From Polyangiaceae bacterium (GTDB lineage: Bacteria > Myxococcota_A > Polyangia > Polyangiales > Polyangiaceae), in assembly GCA_033763455.1 (NCBI GenBank), contig JANRKO010000064.1, positions 11,585 through 75,584 on the forward strand: DNA of 64,000 nt, written 5' to 3'. Under the pieces are notes generated by a model. The model made no database searches. It was not told the origin of the DNA and worked only from the letters and a program-made list of their open reading frames with translations. Position 1 is the first letter of the stretch. Each line of letters begins with the position of its first letter. Shown in pieces: positions 57,964 to 64,000 of the stretch. Made by a program: the position numbers and the translations under genes.

Positions 57964-59373
57964 CTACGCTGCTTCGCCCGCGGTGAGGTCCACCACCAAC
58001 CTGGTGCGGCCAATTAACAGCTCATCCCCGTGGGCCAGCTCTTGCTCACCGCGGATCCGAACAAAAACACCCGTACGGGAACCAAGATCGGAGAGCACCA
58101 CACTGCCCGCCTGATCTTCCACCACACAGTGCTGCTCAGAGAGAAGGGGATCCTCGGGGAACAGGAGATCACCCAGGGCTGAACCCACCTGAAGCGTCTT
58201 GCCGCGCGCTACGCTGCAGGCACCCAACGCGCCGCTTTCCACCACTTGTGTAACACGAAAAGACGACTGCCACTTGGGCGACGAATAAAAATACGTTGGC
58301 GCGGGGTCGGGCCCGTCGTGCGCCACCGGGTTCTTGTCGATCCGAAGCAGTTGATCACCCACTACGAACTCGTCCCCATAATCGAGCTCTACGGGTGTGC
58401 GAATGCGGAGAAACACGCCGTTGCCGCCGTCGAGATCTTCAAGCCACAGCCGACTGTCTTTGTAGCTGAGCTGCGCCTCGCGGGGATGGCAAAACACTTC
58501 ACCGTGAAGACGGATGTCACCCGCCGAGCCAACAATTGCCGTATCGCCTACCGGAGAATAGCGATCCGGACCTCCAGCAAGGCTGCGAAGCACGTGAAGC
58601 GTGAACGACGCTTTGGGGGTCGCCGACGCGCGCGTTACGAGTGGCAGCGGCTGCTCACCGCGCGAAGACACGGGCGCCGCCTCTGGAGGGCGCATGAGCG
58701 TCGCACGGTGCGCGCGCTTGTTGGCTATCTTCATGGCGTCCACGCTGGGAGCTTCCACGAGAACTTCCATGCCACCCACCGCACGGCCTGCAATAATTTC
58801 TAGGAATTTTCCTTCGCGTAGCGCCAAGACCATTTCAAGGTGCTGGGCCTTCATGAGCGAGCGCACAAACTCCGCAACGTCAGCGCGATTTACGGCGTCG
58901 GCATAGGAGCGCTTGTGGCTCTTGATAACGCGCCCGCCATCCGCAAAAAGGTGCGTGATGATGTGGGGTTGGTCGAGACCAGAATCTTCGGTCTGGACGT
59001 GGAAAAGCTGCTCTTGAAACTTGATGTTGTTGTTGAAGCCCATCTGCGCGCGCCGAAAATTCGGTCGCCGCATCTCGGCTTCAAGCTTGGCGAGCCCTTC
59101 GGCTCCGTAAACAGCCTCTGCCTGCTGAAGCTCCGGGTGGTCACCCGGCATGCCCTCCATGCGCTCGAACGCTTGTTGCGCAACGCGCGCGCTTGGGTCG
59201 ATGCGCAGGGCCTCGGCAAGCAGGGCCTGCCCCTTTTCATCGTTGGGCCCATTTGCGGCCCACACGCACAAGAGCTGAACCGCTTGATCGGGCTGGCTCT
59301 TTTCAACGAGCCACGTCGCTACGCGCAGAGCCGACTCGCGCGCTTCCACTACGTTGTTGCTCGTGCGGCTCAT
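57964..59373 (-). CDS. Protein with two degenerate FHA domains
   Basis: LEDLDGGNGVF...GDEFVVGDQ and LSEQHC...DLGSRTGVF...GDELLIGRT. Confidence 0.78.
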   Translation of the reverse strand: MSRTSNNVVEARESALRVATWLVEKSQPDQAVQLLCVWAANGPNDEKGQALLAEALRIDPSARVAQQAFERMEGMPGDHPELQQAEAVYGAEGLAKLEAEMRRPNFRRAQMGFNNNIKFQEQLFHVQTEDSGLDQPHIITHLFADGGRVIKSHKRSYADAVNRADVAEFVRSLMKAQHLEMVLALREGKFLEIIAGRAVGGMEVLVEAPSVDAMKIANKRAHRATLMRPPEAAPVSSRGEQPLPLVTRASATPKASFTLHVLRSLAGGPDRYSPVGDTAIVGSAGDIRLHGEVFCHPREAQLSYKDSRLWLEDLDGGNGVFLRIRTPVELDYGDEFVVGDQLLRIDKNPVAHDGPDPAPTYFYSSPKWQSSFRVTQVVESGALGACSVARGKTLQVGSALGDLLFPEDPLLSEQHCVVEDQAGSVVLSDLGSRTGVFVRIRGEQELAHGDELLIGRTRLVVDLTAGEAA

Positions 59374-59656
59374 GAGATAGAGGGGATCAGCTTACCACCC
59401 TTGTGAGCCGCCAGAACCCCTCCAACTCAGGGCCTGCACGGCGCCGCGGAGGCCGCCCGGCCAGCCCGCTCCAGCTCATCCCAGGGAAGGAAAGGAGCCG
59501 GAGGGCGCAAGCCTGTTAGGCCCTCAGCAGAAAACCAAGGGCGATCTCGGTCCGCGCCATCTCTTTTATGGGTCCCCGCTTGCCGCCCTGAAGGGTGGGA
59601 GCTAGGTTCCGCGTCCCCCGGCACCTGGCCGGCCCCTACCCGATCGAGAGAGAGCC

Positions 59657-59863
59657 ATGAAGGAAGGCATTCACCCCGAATACGAGGTCACCACCGTGAC
59701 CTGTGCCTGCGGCAGCAGTTTTCAGACGCGTTCCACGCGCAAGGAACTCTCCGTAGACATTTGCGCCTCCTGCCATCCGTTTTTCACCGGCAAGCAACGC
59801 CTGGTGGATACTCAGGGCCGTGTAGACCGATTCCGTCGGCGCTACGCGGGCAACCAGCCGTAA
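59657..59863 (+). CDS. rpmE: 50S ribosomal protein L31 (zinc-binding type)
   Basis: [29 protein letters not shown]. Confidence 0.97.
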   Translation: MKEGIHPEYEVTTVTCACGSSFQTRSTRKELSVDICASCHPFFTGKQRLVDTQGRVDRFRRRYAGNQP

Positions 59864-60020
59864 GCGAGCTGGTCCTCGGATTTCCTCAACAGCGCTCCGC
59901 TGCTGCTGACACTATCAGTTCCCCTTGGGCGTGCGCCTCCTGTCGCGTGCCTATGCCCACCCGCGGCGTTGGGTATACTGGTGCACGGCCGTTAGGGCCC
60001 GTCCCATCGCCTAACGCTTT

Positions 60021-61091
60021 ATGATCCCTATCGAGAAATTGCAGGGCCTCAGCCGACGTTCGGAAGAGATCGATCAGCTCCTCTGCGACTCCAGCATCAA
60101 TCGCGATCCCAAGCGTTTGAACGAGCTCAATCGCGAGCGCAGCCACTTGAGCCTGGTGGTGGGTGCCTTTCGCGAATGGCAGGGGCTTTCGCGCCAAATT
60201 GAGGAAGATCGGCAGGCTCTGAGTGACCCCGAGCTTGGTGAGCTAGCGCAGGAAGAGCTCCCGGGCCTGGAGCAGAAGCTGGCTGAACTCGAAACCAAGA
60301 TCCAGGTCTTGCTGCTCCCGCGCGATCCGAACGACGAGAAAAATACGATCTTAGAGATCCGTGCCGGAACAGGCGGTGAAGAAGCCGCCCTCTTCGCAGC
60401 TGATCTTTTTCGTATGTATTCGCGCTACGCGGAGGGGCGAAATTGGAAGGTGGAAATCCTAGCCAAGAGCGAAGCTCAGGCAGGGGGTTTCAAGGAAATC
60501 ATCGCGCTGGTTACCGGGAACCGCGTCTTCTCAAGCCTAAAGCTCGAAGGTGGCGTGCACCGCGTGCAGCGCGTGCCAGCTACTGAAGCCCAAGGTCGTA
60601 TCCACACTTCCACGGCTACCGTGGCTGTGCTGCCGGAAGCTGAAGAGGTGGATTTCGTGCTCAATGAAGAAGAGCTCCGCTTCGACATCGCTGCAGCCGG
60701 AGGCCCTGGTGGGCAAGGCGTGAACACCACCAACAGCGCCGTGCAGGTAACGCACCTGCCGACAGGCATGATTGTGAAATGCCAAGATGAGCGCAGCCAG
60801 ATCAAGAACAAGGCCAAGGCGCTCAAGGTGCTGCGCAGCCGCCTTTTAGATCTCGAACAGCAGAAGCAAGCTGAAAGCATCCGAGATGAACGCCGCAGTA
60901 TGGTAAAAGCGGGAGATCGCTCCGAGAAGATCCGCACTTACAGCTTTCCGCAGAACCGCCTAACGGACCACCGAATTGGCCTCACGCTCTACAAGCTGGA
61001 TCGGGTGATGGAAGGCGACCTTTCCGAATTGGTGGATGCGGTTGTCGCCTGGGATCAAGCCATGCGGCTTGAGGATGCACACCTCAACTGA
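60021..61091 (+). CDS. prfA: Peptide chain release factor 1
   Basis: PAT anticodon motif (VPATE), GGQ, RSEKIRTY. Confidence 0.96.
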   Translation: MIPIEKLQGLSRRSEEIDQLLCDSSINRDPKRLNELNRERSHLSLVVGAFREWQGLSRQIEEDRQALSDPELGELAQEELPGLEQKLAELETKIQVLLLPRDPNDEKNTILEIRAGTGGEEAALFAADLFRMYSRYAEGRNWKVEILAKSEAQAGGFKEIIALVTGNRVFSSLKLEGGVHRVQRVPATEAQGRIHTSTATVAVLPEAEEVDFVLNEEELRFDIAAAGGPGGQGVNTTNSAVQVTHLPTGMIVKCQDERSQIKNKAKALKVLRSRLLDLEQQKQAESIRDERRSMVKAGDRSEKIRTYSFPQNRLTDHRIGLTLYKLDRVMEGDLSELVDAVVAWDQAMRLEDAHLN

Positions 61092-61093
61092 CC

Positions 61094-61501
61094 ATGGATG
61101 CACTCGCACCTCGGGGAGAGGCCCTGCTCTGCGCATTGGTATTGGCTCCCCACACCTATTCGCGTAATCGCTTCTTCAGCCTGTTCACCGATCCAAAGGC
61201 CATTCTCACGCGGCGCCGAGCGAGCAAATTGCGCGGAATTATCCGCCAAATGGTGGGTGAGCGTTCTCCCCGAGCAGAAGTTGTAGGTGAGCAACTACTC
61301 GAAGATGGCCAAGTCGTCATCAAATATCAGGTGAAAGAAATCGGCTTCGTACGCACAGTAGCCCTGAGCCCCATGGAAGCCTCCGTGCTGAAGTATGCGC
61401 TGCACCGCGCCACCGGGGCGACACTTGAGCCATCTGATCGCGAACGCGTAGAACTCGCCCTCCAAGGCTTGATCCCTCCTTTTGCGCCTGAGCTTACCTA
61501 G
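61094..61501 (+). CDS. Hypothetical protein coupled to prfA
   Basis: 135 aa; starts 2 nt after the prfA stop. Confidence 0.7.
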   Translation: MDALAPRGEALLCALVLAPHTYSRNRFFSLFTDPKAILTRRRASKLRGIIRQMVGERSPRAEVVGEQLLEDGQVVIKYQVKEIGFVRTVALSPMEASVLKYALHRATGATLEPSDRERVELALQGLIPPFAPELT

Positions 61502-61731
61502 GCTCAAGCTTCGATCTCAGCAGAGGACCTTCCCGTTATGATGCAGGTGCTTCGCATGACAAGTATCTGTCGCTGGCGCAAGATATCTCCCGAGCCCTAA
61601 CTGAAGGAATACACCCGCCAGCTGGGTTTATTTGCCGCAACTCGCGGTGTGGTTCAGCGCCGGCACGGCAGCTTCACACCTTCTTGCACATCTTAACTCG
61701 GCAAAGGCTCTATGAAGCTCATCCCGAGATA
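61496..61731 (+). repeat. Direct repeat, copy 1 (~235 bp)
   Basis: Colinear with 62861-63128, including the identical block CCGCAACTCGCGGTGTGGTTCAGCGCCGGCACGGCA. Confidence 0.92.
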
Positions 61732-61964
61732 CAGCCCGCCGGCTTCACCACGCGCTTCGTTGAGGCAGGATACTTGGCGAGCTTCGAGGCTGGACGTACG
61801 GGCCGGCGGACGAGCTCTCCGTCGCAGTTTGGGCATGTAAACTGGAGTTTCGTCTCAGCACAGTTAGCACAGAAGGTGCACTCGAAGGTGCAGATGTAAG
61901 CCGCCGTGGAGCTGGGCGGAAGTTCCACATCGCAACACTCACAGCCTGGTCTGAGTTCGAGCAT
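61719..61964 (-). CDS. DUF1272 family Cys-rich protein
   Basis: MLELRPGCECCD...ICTFECTFCANC...CPNCDGELVRRP; AGGAG RBS. Confidence 0.88.
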   Translation of the reverse strand: MLELRPGCECCDVELPPSSTAAYICTFECTFCANCAETKLQFTCPNCDGELVRRPVRPASKLAKYPASTKRVVKPAGCISG

Positions 61965-62130
61965 TGCCATGTCTCCTAATGCAGCCTGATGTACAGCCGT
62001 GACCGTAATCCAGTGTCCGTTCAGCCGCAACGTGCTCTTGGGCAGCTTTCGGGGAAGGCGGAAAAGCCGGGGGTGAAGAGAAGTGGCAAACGAACCTGCC
62101 GAGCGCCCAGCGGTCGAAAATGCGGATATC

Positions 62131-62160
62131 TTGACGCGTCCCAACTAAGGCATCAAGATG
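62131..62160 (+). promoter_or_regulatory. Putative vapBC promoter with operator
   Basis: TTGACG-N17-CAAGAT; inverted repeat CATC-AA-GATG over the -10; ATG 6 nt after the -10. Confidence 0.6.
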
Positions 62161-62165
62161 TCTGA

Positions 62166-62423
62166 ATGCGGACTACGTTAACGTTGGATCCGGACGTGGC
62201 AAAGGGGGTGGCAGAAGAAGTCCATCGTCAGCGTAGCTCAATGAAGCAGGTGGTGAATGATGCTCTGCGTCGCGGCTTGGCGACGGCGAAGCCGCGCACC
62301 CCCAAGAGGTTTCGCATCGTGCCGCATCGCACCGCGCTTCAGCCTGGAATTGACACCGGAAGGCTGAATGCGTTGGCTGATGAACTGGAAGAGGATGCAA
62401 CCTTGAAGAAATTTGGGGCATGA
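62166..62423 (+). CDS. vapB: VapB-like ribbon-helix-helix antitoxin
   Basis: MRTTLTLDPDV...VVNDALRRGL; ATGA overlap with the PIN gene. Confidence 0.88.
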   Translation: MRTTLTLDPDVAKGVAEEVHRQRSSMKQVVNDALRRGLATAKPRTPKRFRIVPHRTALQPGIDTGRLNALADELEEDATLKKFGA

Positions 62424-62848
62424 TCATTCCAGATGTGAATCTGTTGCTCTATGCAAACATGAGTGGGTTCCCGCAGCACAAGCTTGCGCAGAAGTGGATG
62501 GAAGATTTGTTGAGTGGGAACGAGGAGGTAGGGATCCCAACGGTAGCCACCTTTGGCTTCATTCGAATTGCCACAAGTAGGCGAGTGTTTAAAACCCCGC
62601 TCAGCGTCGATCAGGCTCTCAAGCGGGTGGAATCCTGGATGATGCAGCCGCAGGTAACTTTGCTTTTGCCCGGCCGAAGGCATCTTGAAATTGCCTTTAC
62701 GCTGCTGCGCAACCTAGGTACCGCCCAGAACCTAACTACGGATGCGCAGCTTGCCGCCCACGCCATCGAGAACCAAGCCGAGCTTCATTCCAACGATTCA
62801 GATTTTGCTCGCTTTCCAGGGTTGCGCTGGGTAAACCCACTTTCGTAA
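62420..62848 (+). CDS. vapC: VapC PIN-domain toxin
   Basis: MIIPDVNLLLYA, TDAQLAAHAIE, SNDSDFARFPGL. Confidence 0.92.
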   Translation: MIIPDVNLLLYANMSGFPQHKLAQKWMEDLLSGNEEVGIPTVATFGFIRIATSRRVFKTPLSVDQALKRVESWMMQPQVTLLLPGRRHLEIAFTLLRNLGTAQNLTTDAQLAAHAIENQAELHSNDSDFARFPGLRWVNPLS

Positions 62849-62860
62849 GTACTGCCACGT

Positions 62861-63128
62861 ACCTAGGCTCAGACTTCGATCCGTTTCGTCACCGAATTCT
62901 TAGGTCAGACTCAGCAGAGGACCTTCCCGCTACGATGGAGGTGCTTTGCATGACAAGTATATCTCTCGTTGGGGCAAGATGTCTCCCGAGCACCAGCTGA
63001 AATGGAACACACCCGCCAGCCGGGTTTATTTCCCGCAACTCGCGGTGTGGTTCAGCGCCGGCACGGCAACTTCACGCCTTGTTGCACATCTAACTCGGCA
63101 AAGGCTCCGTGAAGCTTATACCGCGATA
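62861..63128 (+). repeat. Direct repeat, copy 2 (~270 bp, with 29 extra nt)
   Basis: Colinear with 61496-61731; overlaps the 3' end of the Uma2 gene. Confidence 0.92.
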
Positions 63129-63665
63129 AATTTCGTCAACGCTCAAGGTAAGTGCCGGCTGTTGGATCACCACCACTTCGCCGCCACGGTATTCACGCTC
63201 AGTCCAACCTCCCGCGCTGCGCTCGACAAGAGTAACCTGCGCTCGCCGGTGGGACACGAGCAGAACGGCGAAAAGGCTAGGAAGTTGCTTGTAGTGGCTG
63301 AGCTTTTCGCCTCGATCAAAATCCTCTGTGGAAGGGCTCGTAATTTCGACCAAGAGGGACGGATTGATGATCGCATTGGCGTCGATGCCCGACACTTGGC
63401 TTTCTCCGCATACCAGCGTGATGTCAGGAAAAGTCGATAGATCGGTTGCCTCAATGCGAACCTTGAGATCCGATGAGAAGACGCGACAGCTACCTAGGAC
63501 GGCATTGCCGAGTAAACGCGTCACCGTAGCCGCAAGAGCAGCGTGTTCCGGGGTTCCCCCCGCCATCGCGTAGATTTCGCCGTCGCAGTACTCCAGCTTT
63601 ACGCGGCTTACTTCAAGCAGATGAAGGTAGTCCTTGTACGTATGGTGGAGCCCCCGAGTGCTCAT
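63090..63665 (-). CDS. Uma2 family PD-(D/E)XK endonuclease
   Basis: EYCDGEIYAMAGGTPEH, FPDITLV, LVEITSPST, DRGEKLSHY. Confidence 0.9.
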   Translation of the reverse strand: MSTRGLHHTYKDYLHLLEVSRVKLEYCDGEIYAMAGGTPEHAALAATVTRLLGNAVLGSCRVFSSDLKVRIEATDLSTFPDITLVCGESQVSGIDANAIINPSLLVEITSPSTEDFDRGEKLSHYKQLPSLFAVLLVSHRRAQVTLVERSAGGWTEREYRGGEVVVIQQPALTLSVDEIYRGISFTEPLPS

Positions 63666-63709
63666 GGTGGAGAATCCTAGCGTACGCCCAGCGATTTGTC
63701 GCGTCGGGG

Positions 63710-63788
63710 CTTCTCATCGCGCGGTCCCCTCCAAGACGCATCGCCACTTCTCATCGCGCGGTCCCCTCCAAGACGCATCGCCACTTCT
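63710..63788. repeat. 37-bp perfect tandem repeat (about 2.1 copies)
   Basis: CTTCTCATCGCGCGGTCCCCTCCAAGACGCATCGCCA at 63710 and 63747, then CTTCT. Confidence 0.92.
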
Positions 63789-63940
63789 GAGTCGCAGCAG
63801 ATACTTGCCATGGCAAATACGGGATTGCCAAAAGTGCCTGGAAAGGCGTCACTTCTGGCGGGGCGCGCCGATATCGCGGAAGTTCATCTTTCCTTGTGGT
63901 CAGGATCCCCGAGAATCAGCATCATGGAGCAGGTAAAGCC

Positions 63941-64000
63941 ATGAGCACCGCAGTCCAGCTCTACGAGGTCAACCTCGTCTCCAGCAGCAAGCTCAAGCTC
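63941..64000 (+). CDS. 5' end of a CDS truncated by the window edge
   Basis: ATG after a purine-rich leader; reads MSTAVQLYEVNLVSSSKLKL and stays open to the edge. Confidence 0.4.
   Translation, partial: MSTAVQLYEVNLVSSSKLKL

Noticed and set aside
57657..58013. Minus-strand Gln/Arg-rich and Ser-rich ORFs
   Set aside because: They are shadows of the GCT-rich lipoprotein gene, which has the RBS, lipobox and terminator.
61496..63128. Direct repeats as integron attC sites or IS/MITE ends
   Set aside because: No paired RYYYAAC/GTTRRRY boxes are conserved in both copies, the repeats are longer than attC sites, no terminal inverted repeats are shared, and no integrase or transposase is in the window.
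62946..63440. 164-aa plus-strand ORF starting in repeat copy 2
   Set aside because: It is antisense to Uma2, and the equivalent frame is broken by indels in copy 1.
63710..63788. 37-bp repeats as a mini-CRISPR
   Set aside because: There is no spacer between the two copies.

Overview
GC-rich bacterial chromosome segment. Gene content (Ser/Thr kinases, HD-GYP, PilZ, FHA proteins, CdnL, ECF sigma/anti-sigma, double-length UvrA, Uma2) suggests a myxobacterium, probably Polyangiales; this is inference. 1-10.8 kb is a phosphate-starvation locus: phoB-like RR1 and pstSCAB-phoU converge on phoB-like RR2-phoR, and a divergent tonB-exbB-exbD-exbD operon runs into a signal-peptide gene at the window edge. 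All four transcription units carry a GTCAC-N6-GTCAC (11-bp period) Pho-box-like repeat upstream. 11-61.5 kb is mostly core genes: OmpA/MotB lipoprotein, a degenerate ABC module, SMP-30 lactonase, lolC/E, two Ser/Thr kinases, cca, ftsH, tilS, mnmA, a FliA-like sigma, HD-GYP, lipB, M23 peptidase, two GT-C-like membrane proteins, ihfB, cdnL, uvrA, smpB, an ECF module, rpmE and prfA. 61.5-64 kb is accessory: two ~235/270-bp direct repeats bracket DUF1272 and a vapBC toxin-antitoxin pair, followed by a Uma2 nuclease gene whose 3' end lies inside the repeat. I found no rRNA, tRNA, CRISPR array, integrase or transposase. All calls come from motif reading by eye, with no database searches.
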